Notes: generated from the sequence alone by a model not told the origin. Counted from the stretch's first letter, positions 1 to 8,390 are shown. The stretch is DNA of 19,542 nucleotides from Candidatus Thorarchaeota archaeon (GCA_003345595.1 PRDI01000128.1:1-19542); one strand, 5' to 3'. A program made the numbers and translations.

Positions 1-2
1 TG

Positions 3-332
3 GGCATAAAGGTCGATAATGATTCCGAAGGCGTGATGCAGGACACTCACTGGGCAAGCGGATACTATGGATACTTCCCGAGCTACGCCATGGGCAACGT
101 GTATGATGGGATGTATCTCGATGCTATCGCAAAGGCGGTCCCGGGATGGGAAGAGGATTTGGCCACCGGAAAGCTCGATAGGATACTGGGGTGGCTCAAA
201 GACAATGTTCACTCTAAGGCTTCCCTTTACGATCCCCGCGACTTGGCGCAGAAGGTGACTGGAAGTAGGCTCACTGCAAAGCCGTTCCTGGACTATGCAG
301 AGAAGAAGTATGCTAAGCTGTTCGGGTTCTAG
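3..332 (+). CDS. Carboxypeptidase, peptidase family M32 (Taq-like), C-terminal part; truncated at the window start
   Basis: Frame is open from position 3 (GIKVDNDSEGVMQDTHW). QDTHWASGYYGYFPSYAMG matches the M32 C-terminal QDxHW...GYFPxY motif. Ends with TAG at 330-332. Confidence 0.9.
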   Translation, partial: GIKVDNDSEGVMQDTHWASGYYGYFPSYAMGNVYDGMYLDAIAKAVPGWEEDLATGKLDRILGWLKDNVHSKASLYDPRDLAQKVTGSRLTAKPFLDYAEKKYAKLFGF

Positions 333-375
333 GACTGGAAGAGCCCTCATTGAACTCAACATCCAACCTTTCCCT

Positions 376-396
376 GCTGCCGCCTCATGCGGCGGT
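376..396 (+). terminator. GC-rich hairpin downstream of the M32 gene (possible terminator or stabiliser)
   Basis: GCTGCCGC-CTCAT-GCGGCGGT forms an 8-bp stem including G-U pairs. There is no U-tract after it. Confidence 0.3.
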
Positions 397-427
397 GTCT
401 ATCAACTGCATCCCATGCGCTCTAAGA

Positions 428-463
428 TTATAAGAGCCCTTCGGGTTCAATGAAGCTGGGGTG
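428..463 (+). promoter_or_regulatory. Archaeal TATA box and RBS for the 1282-aa gene
   Basis: TTATAA at 428-433, GGGGTG at 458-463, ATG at 472. Confidence 0.55.
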
Positions 464-471
464 TATTCGCA

Positions 472-3400
472 ATGCAGCATGCGGCATACCGAGGATTCTA
501 CATACTTCTGATTGTTGTGCTACTGGTATTGCCAAGTACAGGCCTGGCTCCCGCCAGCTTGCCAGCCAATAGGTCGGCGTCCAGTGTATCACAGGCTCTC
601 CGACAGGAGAGCAATGGAGAAGAGCCCATCTCGAAAGTGACGCAGTCGAAAGCCGGCGTGTACAAGACAGCCCTAGCAGACTTCGTGCTCACTACGTCAG
701 ACGGCTTGTCGGTGGTACTGGGTGACAATGGTGTCATCAAGTCGGTGACGATAGACGGCCAGACGATATCCGCGGGTACAGTGGAGCCATTTGCTGTCAC
801 TGACGCTAACACTGTGACCAGTGCTTCGATGGGTGGGACAGTGCAACAGGTGGGTCAGACGGTTCAGCAGACTGCGGTCAGACTGCAGTATGATCTCAAC
901 TTGACGTATATTGTTGAGGACAGCTACATCGAGATTGTAATCGAGGCAGACAATCAGTTGACGTCGGACAGGGCCGCCGACCTGAGCCTCAGAATGCCGG
1001 TCAGTCGGACCGGAGCTTCTTGGTGGCAAGGCCCCAACAGAAAGATCACTGTTTCTCCCTCCGGGGATTACAAGTACACGCATGCAATCACCAGCGAAGT
1101 GCCCTTCGGACACAACCTAATGTCCCTCCTTCCCTATTCCACTGTTTGTGTTGGAGACAAGGCATTGTGCATGGCAGTACTCCTCGACTGCCCCTCCGTT
1201 TTCTTCATGGGATACAACGCTCCCAAGCAGCATTTCTACTGCAACTACTCCATTGGGTTCAGTGATGCTCAGCTGCCGAGTCCCGGATTCGTTCGACTTG
1301 GGCTTATTCTCTACAAGGTAGAAGCAAGATGGGGCATAAGATCGGCCGCGTCAAGATACTATGAGTTCTTTCCAAGTTGGTTCTCATCTGATCGTGCCGT
1401 AGGAGGAGCAGAAGCCATAGATGGACCGCAGGCTGTCGTGGAATCCGGCATGCTGCGATACAAACACGCCGATCTCATAGGGTTACGCTACCCGTACGGA
1501 GCTGGGAACCTCTACGGGTGGGCCACGCCGCAGGATGGCTTCATCAACTCGGCCTATGGGGTCGGGAGCCTGCCCTACGTGAATCCCATTGGCCTTGGAA
1601 TCCTCTGTACTCAGACGCAGTACAACGCCAGAGACTATCTCGGAATCCTCAATGAGTATGCATCGTCCGCAGCAGAGATCAACAAAACTGCAGCGGCCTT
1701 CATCCGGAACACGTTGATATACAACAGGACAGGCCATGCACAGGTGGCCTGGAGCGGCGGTGGAGGATCTTACAAGGCAGAGTTCAGGTGCAATCCGATT
1801 CTCATAGGACACTCTTTAGCAGGACCTGTAGAGCCAGTGAGATCTGGCGAGGCGGCTCTTGCACAAGGGACAAGCGATGACATCGTCGTCAGAGACTTGC
1901 TGGACTGGTTCTCGAAGTGGATTGTGATGCCTAGCTACGAAGACTATGACCCCTATGGTGCCGGCCCAGTCGGAATCTTCTTCGACAACGTGGGGTGCGG
2001 GTCAGAGGATCTTAACCTCACCCATCGAGCGTACACTGGTATGCCTCTGAGCTACGTCTACAACGGAACTACTAGGGTTCCAGTATCAGTTGTCGGAAGC
2101 TCGCAAGTTGAACTGCTTAGAGCATTCAGAGCAGGGATGATGGCAGACTTCTACGGCGACATGACCATATACGGCAACCTCGGAGTCGCGTGGCCACAAG
2201 GCATGTATCAGGCAATATACCTTGACGCAGGTCTACAGGAACAGACTCTCTACCATTGGGGGTATGGTGGTGACAACTTCTTCAATTGGGAGATCGGTCT
2301 AACCTCTCGCTTCGCAATGTATCAAAAACCCATCTCAGGCATGGACTACTGTGCTGGATCGCCTGCATGGACAATTGATTCAGCAATGCGTTATCTGCAC
2401 TATGGAATGTATCCACTCATGACAGCCAACTACAGCAGAGATGACGCCCTCTACCAGAAGTATGTGCCGGTAGCCGATAGGCTCCAGAACGCTGGGTGGG
2501 GACCGATGACGTTTGCGTCAGTCAGTAATACGGCCTCACACTACATGACTATCGAGCGCTTCGGTCACTGGTATGCAGATAGCCTCCACTTTACCGTCCG
2601 GAACTGGAACAAGACAGCAGTCGAAGATGTGACTATCAGTATTGAGGCAGACAGTCTGGCCATACAGACTCCCGGGATGTACATCAGGGAACTCGTGCAG
2701 GACGAACCCATCTCCTATGCCGTGGCGAGTAACAGAATAACATTCACCGTCGACTTCGCCGTCAACGAAACGAAAGTGTTCAGGCTCTACAAACCAGCCT
2801 ATTCAGTTGTCGACTTGGTCTACGATGTGCCGAACCCGCTCAGGCCCACAGAGGTTCAGCTGATTGCTGTTGTGTCGCAAAACGTTCCCACCGGGGTCAG
2901 CCTGCCCGACGTCCAGTTCACTGAGAATGGCAGTCCACTGGCCGATGTCCCAAGCCACCGTTTCAACTCAACTTATCTTGTCGCTGGAGTCATTGTCGAC
3001 TTGGGAGCAGGCTCTCATCTTGTGGGTGCGCAAGTCATAGATACGACCCATGTTGTCGAGCCGCTATCATTGTTCAGCGCAACCCAAGCCGGCACAGCGG
3101 ATATCTCAATTACTTTGCCTCTTGACTGGCAGTATCGTGCCACAATCGCTGTTGACACGATGGGAATAGATAGGAACAGCGGCTACGCTAGAGTACCAAT
3201 AGACTTCGGGCAGATCAGAAACAAGCTTGGCATAACCCCTCATGTCAGCCTCCAATCACTCAGGCTAGTGGACGAAAAGAATGAATCCGTTGTGATCCAG
3301 TGGTTGCCCGACCCTGCAGATTCGGAACTGGGCGTGCTCGTGTTCCCCTTGATTCAGACTCTTGGCAGTACTGGGCCCCGTATCTTTCACCTCTATTTCG

Positions 3401-4320
3401 ACGATAGAAGCGGAACGCTCAAGCCATCTTCTTTGGCCGGGACTCCCTTCATGAGAATCAGTCGATTTGGGATCCAAATGGCGGACTCGACGATGGTCTT
3501 GATGTCACCCCTTGGGGCCAATGTGGAGCGGATTCAGAAAACACCCAACTGGGTATCATTCGGATATACTCTAGCAACGCAGAACCTCACCTCGTGGGAA
3601 GGACATCTGGGAGCGTACGAGAGATTCGGCACTAAGGTCATGTCATATGGTCCCCATGTCGTCACACTGCTCTTCAGCCATGGAGTCAATGGAGCATACT
3701 CAGAGTACGGTGCACAGGTGAACGTGTACGCAAACGGAGTGATTGAAACATGGGTTTCCGTGAACTACTCTTCGGAAGTCATGGACACCTTCGCTCTCTC
3801 TAGGCGATATGAGTATTGGGCACCTAGGACCGGTTATTACATGGGCCCAGGGGGAGTAGTCGTGACGATTCCATACGGTCAAGAAGTGAACCCAGTCACT
3901 GACTACACTGAGCCCTGGTTCGGGCAGAGGGACAGCTCAGGCCGCTACTCGTTCACCGTCGTGCTGAGTTCAGGACCTGCAGTGACATGGATCAAGACAC
4001 AGTACAGCGATGCGGATCTCGTCGCTTTCACCACCAGGACCTTCGCAGTCGGTGAAACGGTCACATATCATATGGTCCATGTGAGTGGAGTAGGTAGTGA
4101 GGATAGCGCCATCGCGAACACGCGTGCTTGGCTCAACATGACGTACAGTATCAAACCCGAGGTGCTTCAAACCAAACCCGATTTCATGCCTATCATCGTC
4201 ATAGTCGGCGCGGGGCTAGCGGTAGCTGCAGTCATTGGAGGCAGCCTGATCAACAGAAGACGTTCCAAGCTGGTGCCCACTTCGAGCGAAACCGGCGCAA
4301 GTGACAAAACTGCTGCTTAG
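472..4320 (+). CDS. Large secreted, C-terminally membrane-anchored glycoprotein; putative glycoside-hydrolase-like core plus Ig-like, DUF2341-like and beta-sandwich domains
   Basis: N-terminal hydrophobic signal (FYILLIVVLLVL). C-terminal TM helix (IIVIVGAGLAVAAVIGGSLI) followed by NRRR. At least 16 N-x-S/T sequons. GIFFDN / IYGN / LDAGLQE strand-end motifs resemble a GH (beta/alpha)8 barrel. DWQYRATIAVD...VPIDF...SLRLVD resembles the DUF2341 N-terminus. The ORF is certain; the function is inferred. Confidence 0.6.
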   Translation: MQHAAYRGFYILLIVVLLVLPSTGLAPASLPANRSASSVSQALRQESNGEEPISKVTQSKAGVYKTALADFVLTTSDGLSVVLGDNGVIKSVTIDGQTISAGTVEPFAVTDANTVTSASMGGTVQQVGQTVQQTAVRLQYDLNLTYIVEDSYIEIVIEADNQLTSDRAADLSLRMPVSRTGASWWQGPNRKITVSPSGDYKYTHAITSEVPFGHNLMSLLPYSTVCVGDKALCMAVLLDCPSVFFMGYNAPKQHFYCNYSIGFSDAQLPSPGFVRLGLILYKVEARWGIRSAASRYYEFFPSWFSSDRAVGGAEAIDGPQAVVESGMLRYKHADLIGLRYPYGAGNLYGWATPQDGFINSAYGVGSLPYVNPIGLGILCTQTQYNARDYLGILNEYASSAAEINKTAAAFIRNTLIYNRTGHAQVAWSGGGGSYKAEFRCNPILIGHSLAGPVEPVRSGEAALAQGTSDDIVVRDLLDWFSKWIVMPSYEDYDPYGAGPVGIFFDNVGCGSEDLNLTHRAYTGMPLSYVYNGTTRVPVSVVGSSQVELLRAFRAGMMADFYGDMTIYGNLGVAWPQGMYQAIYLDAGLQEQTLYHWGYGGDNFFNWEIGLTSRFAMYQKPISGMDYCAGSPAWTIDSAMRYLHYGMYPLMTANYSRDDALYQKYVPVADRLQNAGWGPMTFASVSNTASHYMTIERFGHWYADSLHFTVRNWNKTAVEDVTISIEADSLAIQTPGMYIRELVQDEPISYAVASNRITFTVDFAVNETKVFRLYKPAYSVVDLVYDVPNPLRPTEVQLIAVVSQNVPTGVSLPDVQFTENGSPLADVPSHRFNSTYLVAGVIVDLGAGSHLVGAQVIDTTHVVEPLSLFSATQAGTADISITLPLDWQYRATIAVDTMGIDRNSGYARVPIDFGQIRNKLGITPHVSLQSLRLVDEKNESVVIQWLPDPADSELGVLVFPLIQTLGSTGPRIFHLYFDDRSGTLKPSSLAGTPFMRISRFGIQMADSTMVLMSPLGANVERIQKTPNWVSFGYTLATQNLTSWEGHLGAYERFGTKVMSYGPHVVTLLFSHGVNGAYSEYGAQVNVYANGVIETWVSVNYSSEVMDTFALSRRYEYWAPRTGYYMGPGGVVVTIPYGQEVNPVTDYTEPWFGQRDSSGRYSFTVVLSSGPAVTWIKTQYSDADLVAFTTRTFAVGETVTYHMVHVSGVGSEDSAIANTRAWLNMTYSIKPEVLQTKPDFMPIIVIVGAGLAVAAVIGGSLINRRRSKLVPTSSETGASDKTAA

Positions 4321-4982
4321 GATCCAGTGGATCGGTGCTTCTCCGTGGTCCGAGTTTGGCCACTCGAAGGACGCTTCGGACCGGCATTCGAAGTCGCTCT
4401 TGCAGCGTCCCCGGCTCCAGAATCCAAGACCATCGAAGTAATCGATGTGAATGGATCACGGACTCTCTGTCCAGTCTGAAGATTCACAACCACAACTCCG
4501 ACGTTTCGTCGCCCCACTGCTATCTCAAGCGGCGAGTCTGCTGGAGGAAGCGGGTAGTGCGACTCATCAATCACGAAAACAGCAGGCATCAGTTCGCCCC
4601 TGAAAGCGTCTGCTGACATGACGAACCGTGCTGCATCACGCATTGAGTCTTCTCTGCTGGCGTCGGCAATCACCACAAGCCCGTGGAATCTTTGGAAGTA
4701 GTCAGACGGGGGCAAGATGTTGTACAGGCTCCACACCCATGGCCCATGTAGCTCAATCATCAGGTCAACCGGGACAGCATTGTCACCAGAACCGAATCTG
4801 ACTCTCTTCTTCCACTCATCCTTTGGGAATCCATTAATCCTGTATCCGTCCGGCGGTTCCTTCTCGTCTATGACACTTCCTTCGGCGAATGACATGCAAA
4901 GACGGTACCCCATCCAGACATCGCCAGCCACCGTCACACGGATTTTCTTGGTCGGATTGCGCGATCTCGACACGATTCCCAC
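4317..4982 (-). CDS. Degenerate Rab/Ras-like small GTPase-fold protein (pseudo-GTPase)
   Basis: KIRVTVAGD, YFQRFHGLVVIAD, SREDSMRD, MPAVFVID and VNLQTGQRVRDPFTSI align in order with Rab-like segments. No GxxxxGKS/T, DxxG, NKxD or SAK motifs. GTG start lies 16 nt after the upstream stop. Its TAA overlaps the TAG of the convergent gene. Confidence 0.65.
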   Translation of the reverse strand: MGIVSRSRNPTKKIRVTVAGDVWMGYRLCMSFAEGSVIDEKEPPDGYRINGFPKDEWKKRVRFGSGDNAVPVDLMIELHGPWVWSLYNILPPSDYFQRFHGLVVIADASREDSMRDAARFVMSADAFRGELMPAVFVIDESHYPLPPADSPLEIAVGRRNVGVVVVNLQTGQRVRDPFTSITSMVLDSGAGDAARATSNAGPKRPSSGQTRTTEKHRSTGS

Positions 4983-4998
4983 CCCACTGCGCCAACAC

Positions 4999-5469
4999 TC
5001 AATGCACGGGCTTGCGCTTCGGTTCGTCTGGCAAGAGGTCTAGCACGATCCTGACTGCATCTTTGACGAAACCAGTGCACAGGTCGCGAAACACTCTTTT
5101 CTTTTCGGCTTCACTATGCTGCACTGGGTCCCCCACATCAAAGCCGATCAATTCCTTACAGATGCAGGTGTTGTGCTTCTCCCTGAACTCATCTAGAAAG
5201 CGCTTGCCAATCTCGTATGTGGCCTTCTTGTGATCTTGGAATTCAGGAACCCGTGTTCCTTCAATCACGCCAATGGCCATTATTGCGCCAGTAACCGCTC
5301 CGCAGGTCTGTCCCTCTCGGGCTATGCCGCCGCCAAACCCTGCAGCAACCTTGGTGGCCTCGTTGAAGTAGAGCTTCTTCTGTTCAAGGAGCGACCTGAA
5401 CACTGACTGGGCACAGTTGTGATCTGAGCTGAAGTACTTCAGGGCACTCGCTACGGCATCCTCTACCAT
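4999..5469 (-). CDS. C_GCAxxG_C_C family putative redox-active protein
   Basis: NCAQS, GFGGG, TCGAVTG, TCICKEL and LCTGFV motifs. ATG at 5469 is preferred because GGTG lies just upstream (the ORF track starts at GTG 5481). Confidence 0.9.
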   Translation of the reverse strand: MVEDAVASALKYFSSDHNCAQSVFRSLLEQKKLYFNEATKVAAGFGGGIAREGQTCGAVTGAIMAIGVIEGTRVPEFQDHKKATYEIGKRFLDEFREKHNTCICKELIGFDVGDPVQHSEAEKKRVFRDLCTGFVKDAVRIVLDLLPDEPKRKPVH

Positions 5470-5562
5470 CTCGAACACCACTTAACCGAACTAACAGTGT
5501 TACAACCGGAGATATGTGTCTTGCCAATTTAACCGCCCACTCCCAACGAACCTGATTCTGGT

Positions 5563-6063
5563 TCATTTCCTCGAGGTCTTTCGCTTGCTCAAGGCCATCT
5601 CAGACCACTTTGCCGCGAGTTCATCACGACGCGGCTTGTAGACCTGTTCAAAGAACCCGCTCTGTGACATGAGAGTATCTCTGTCGAATTCCTGCATGAG
5701 TTCAATGGCTTCTGTCCAAGCCTCATCGAATCTATCACCGAACCGAGATCTGATCCTGGCGTTGAACTCCTCGTCGGTCTGCGTTTTTCCTCCGAATGTG
5801 AAACGTAGTGTATCCGGCTCCGATTCCGCTTTGTATGCCTTCTCATCGCCAAGGAAGAACTCCGTTGTCGATTCTCTGGCCGGTGCCGCCCCGGCCTCTC
5901 CTCTAGTCTTGGACTGCGGAGTTGACGCGAAACCCCTCTTTGCGGCAGCATAGAAGATAGCACGGTTTAGACCCCAGCTTCTTGCGGACCCTTCGTCAAG
6001 ACCCAGAACATGAGCACGTGCCGCCTGAAGAAGAGCCATGACTTGGAATCGGCCGACCGACAT
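5563..6063 (-). CDS. Conserved archaeal-type hypothetical protein
   Basis: The protein-like sequence begins at MSVGRFQVMALLQAARA...SWGLNRAIFYAAAKRGF (ATG 6063). The 17 upstream codons in the ORF track look like a spurious extension. Confidence 0.75.
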   Translation of the reverse strand: MSVGRFQVMALLQAARAHVLGLDEGSARSWGLNRAIFYAAAKRGFASTPQSKTRGEAGAAPARESTTEFFLGDEKAYKAESEPDTLRFTFGGKTQTDEEFNARIRSRFGDRFDEAWTEAIELMQEFDRDTLMSQSGFFEQVYKPRRDELAAKWSEMALSKRKTSRK

Positions 6064-6173
6064 GCGAGGCAAGACCTCCAGACAGACTGTGTGCCAAAAC
6101 AGATTGCACTGCATACTGATGAGGCTTCCGCATGCTTTGGACGCCTACTTATCACTCTGAGCTGGTTGCAGTT

Positions 6174-6917
6174 TCAGTACTCTACTAACTTGGCCAGTTT
6201 CCTTGCAGCGGCAACTGTGAACTCAAGCTCCTTTGGCAAGGGAGCAATGCCTTTGAACCGTGTTCGTTCGACGAAGGCGATGAGCATTGACCGAAGCTCC
6301 TTCGGGTCCCATTGGGCCATCTTCTCAACTGTATCTACGCCTGCGTCATAGTATAGTCTGGCACGGATGGCCTTCACACCGAAGATGCGTGACAGGTCCG
6401 ACATCTTGACTAGTTCCAGAATCGTTTCAGAGGGCACGCCGATCTGCCTAGACAGGGTTTCACGAGCCTTCGCAGTTCTGCCAACATTCAACATCTCATC
6501 AGCGCTTCTTATTCCGACGGACGCGAGAATCGTGATGAAGTCTGGCTTCACACCCAAGAACTTTGCAAGCCTGAATGGGGGCCGGGTGATCATACCTTCT
6601 CTAAGTTGGGCAGTCAGACGCTCCATCTCCTTCATCTCAGAAAAGGCGAAGTAGTAACGCAATGCCCAAAGATGAGTTTTGGCCGATCCTTCCGATTCGC
6701 GCTCGACCTGCTCAACGAACTGCTCGAGGTCCGTCGGCTGAGCTCTCTCCAACGTTCTGCCGTCCCTTTGGGTTCTTAGGAACTCCCCGAATTCTGCGAC
6801 AATACGAACGACTTCATTCTGGACTCTCTCAGTTCGGCCGCCACGTTTCAGGTACTTTCTAAACTCAAACTCATTCAGTGGAATATCGTAGCCTCCAACA
6901 GCTTTGACGCCGATCAT
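6174..6917 (-). CDS. DUF4332-like protein with an N-terminal helical (integrase SAM-like) domain and HhH-like repeats; probable nucleic-acid binder
   Basis: C-terminal LASVGIRSADEML...ELVKMSDLSRIFGVKAIRARLYYDAGVDTVEKMAQWDPKEL pattern. N-terminal F..YL...DL..F...ALRYYF pattern. Confidence 0.7.
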   Translation of the reverse strand: MIGVKAVGGYDIPLNEFEFRKYLKRGGRTERVQNEVVRIVAEFGEFLRTQRDGRTLERAQPTDLEQFVEQVERESEGSAKTHLWALRYYFAFSEMKEMERLTAQLREGMITRPPFRLAKFLGVKPDFITILASVGIRSADEMLNVGRTAKARETLSRQIGVPSETILELVKMSDLSRIFGVKAIRARLYYDAGVDTVEKMAQWDPKELRSMLIAFVERTRFKGIAPLPKELEFTVAAARKLAKLVEY

Positions 6918-6967
6918 GATGCTGGTAGCAAAGAAGGGTTGGTCACTTCACCAGCACCTACGCTCAT
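6914..6967 (-). CDS. Putative 17-aa bridging mini-ORF (MSVGAGEVTNPSLLPAS)
   Basis: GGAGG at 6977-6973 (overlapping the pmbA stop) lies 5 nt before ATG 6967. Its TGA overlaps the next ATG (ATGA). Too short for the ORF track. Confidence 0.35.
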   Translation of the reverse strand: MSVGAGEVTNPSLLPAS

Positions 6968-6976
6968 GCCCGCCTC

Positions 6977-8371
6977 CTAGCCTACGACGGTAAACCCATC
7001 GAAGACAAGGCTCGGCGAACGTACTCCGTACAGGCCCAGAGTGGCATTACTCCCGACACCATTGAGTTTCTTGAACCCATCATAGTAGTTGCCAGCAACA
7101 GACAAAGGCTGGAGGGGATAGCTTCTGCTCCCCTTCTCAATCAGATATACCCGGTTTGCCACAACGGAGAACTGACCCGTGCTCATCGTGCTATGGAAGA
7201 TGCCCATCGGATCGTCAGCAATCAGTATTCCCTTTCCATCAATTGACGAAACGAGTTGGTCATGAGTCTTTGTCCCGGGCGAAACCTCAAGGGCTTTGGC
7301 AGAGATTCCCGTCACGCTTTCATATGGAATTGGAGTCCCGAAAGGACCTCCGCCACGAGAGCAGTTGCCTGTCGACCCGACGCCAAACAATCGACCATAG
7401 TATGTGTTGAACAAGAAACCCTTCAGAATACCATTCTCGACTATGACATTTCTCATCTGGGGGTGGCCTTCGGCATCGACTGCTTCAGTGCCAAGACCAT
7501 CAGGTCGTTGGCCCTCGTCCACAAGTGTGAATCCCTCACCTGCAATGGCAGCTCCCATCATGTCACACAGAGGTGACGTGTGTTCCACCACTGCCCTTCC
7601 ATGTGCAGATTGACCTAGGCTCGAGAGAACGTAAGCCGCAGCAGCCTCAGGGCCCCATAGAGTGGGCAAGACTGATGTCAGTTCCAACTTCTTCGCATGA
7701 TGCTGTCCAACAGCCTCACTTGCCGCCTCTTTGCCTAGGCCCTCAGTGTGCAGGAGGCGATCACAAGCAGCATCATGCCTGTATGCTGTCTTCCGTTCAT
7801 CACCGTCAATCGACATGACGTACACCAAGCACCGATTCGACCCTGATCTTGATGCCTGCTGGACCCCACGAGAGTTTGCCACAGCGTAGCTGTCCCAAAG
7901 GACGCGACACTCAGCGGTCACGACTTTCACACGTGGATCAACGCTGCGAGCTTCTTTGGTCATATCTTGACAGTGCCGCATGAGCTCATCTACTTCGACG
8001 CCGAGTATGTTTCTGTTGAACTTGCATTCACGTCCGGCCTTCTTTGGATCGCAGAAGCCGCTGAACTTATCATCCTCCGCTGAAACGCTATTGACGACTG
8101 AGAGAGATTCTTCGACAGCCTTCTTGACCCGGGCCGTGGAGATTCCACTTGCACACGCAAAGCCCAACCGCTTTCCCTTGGCTACACGAACTGCGCATCC
8201 TGCAGCCACGCCGTCTTTTGCCGTAACCATGCCTTGATCGAGTTCAACACGTGAAACAGAGCCATAGTGCACATAGACCTCGAACTCAGCAGAACTGTCC
8301 TGCTTAGCTGCGAACTTCAGGCCGGTGTCGGCCACAGACAGTAGTTCATCCTTGATGCTCTCGTATTCCAT
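6977..8371 (-). CDS. pmbA: TldD/PmbA family protein, PmbA/TldE-type non-catalytic subunit
   Basis: AVRV..GKRLGFA, VDAEGHP, ENGILKGFLFN, STGN and TGQFSV motifs. No HExxxH. Directly downstream of tldD. Confidence 0.88.
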   Translation of the reverse strand: MEYESIKDELLSVADTGLKFAAKQDSSAEFEVYVHYGSVSRVELDQGMVTAKDGVAAGCAVRVAKGKRLGFACASGISTARVKKAVEESLSVVNSVSAEDDKFSGFCDPKKAGRECKFNRNILGVEVDELMRHCQDMTKEARSVDPRVKVVTAECRVLWDSYAVANSRGVQQASRSGSNRCLVYVMSIDGDERKTAYRHDAACDRLLHTEGLGKEAASEAVGQHHAKKLELTSVLPTLWGPEAAAAYVLSSLGQSAHGRAVVEHTSPLCDMMGAAIAGEGFTLVDEGQRPDGLGTEAVDAEGHPQMRNVIVENGILKGFLFNTYYGRLFGVGSTGNCSRGGGPFGTPIPYESVTGISAKALEVSPGTKTHDQLVSSIDGKGILIADDPMGIFHSTMSTGQFSVVANRVYLIEKGSRSYPLQPLSVAGNYYDGFKKLNGVGSNATLGLYGVRSPSLVFDGFTVVG

Positions 8372-8390
8372 TCTTGTTCATCCCCCAGTT

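Noticed and set aside
33-332. M32 and trxB fragments as pseudogenes
   Set aside because: Both frames remain open to the window edges, so they are simply truncated by the window.
4962-4982. N-myristoylation signal (MGIVSRS) on the pseudo-GTPase
   Set aside because: Position 6 is Arg rather than Ser/Thr, the GTG start is not certain, and no N-myristoyltransferase is established in archaea.
6876-6896. CTG start for the DUF4332-like gene (GGAGG 13 nt upstream of CTG-AAT-GAG)
   Set aside because: The spacing is long, and an in-frame ATG with an ATGA overlap exists at 6917. It cannot be fully excluded without a homologue alignment.
6174-6917. Integrase or mobile element
   Set aside because: Only an N-terminal SAM-like resemblance. 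No R-H-R-Y catalytic domain, att sites or terminal repeats.
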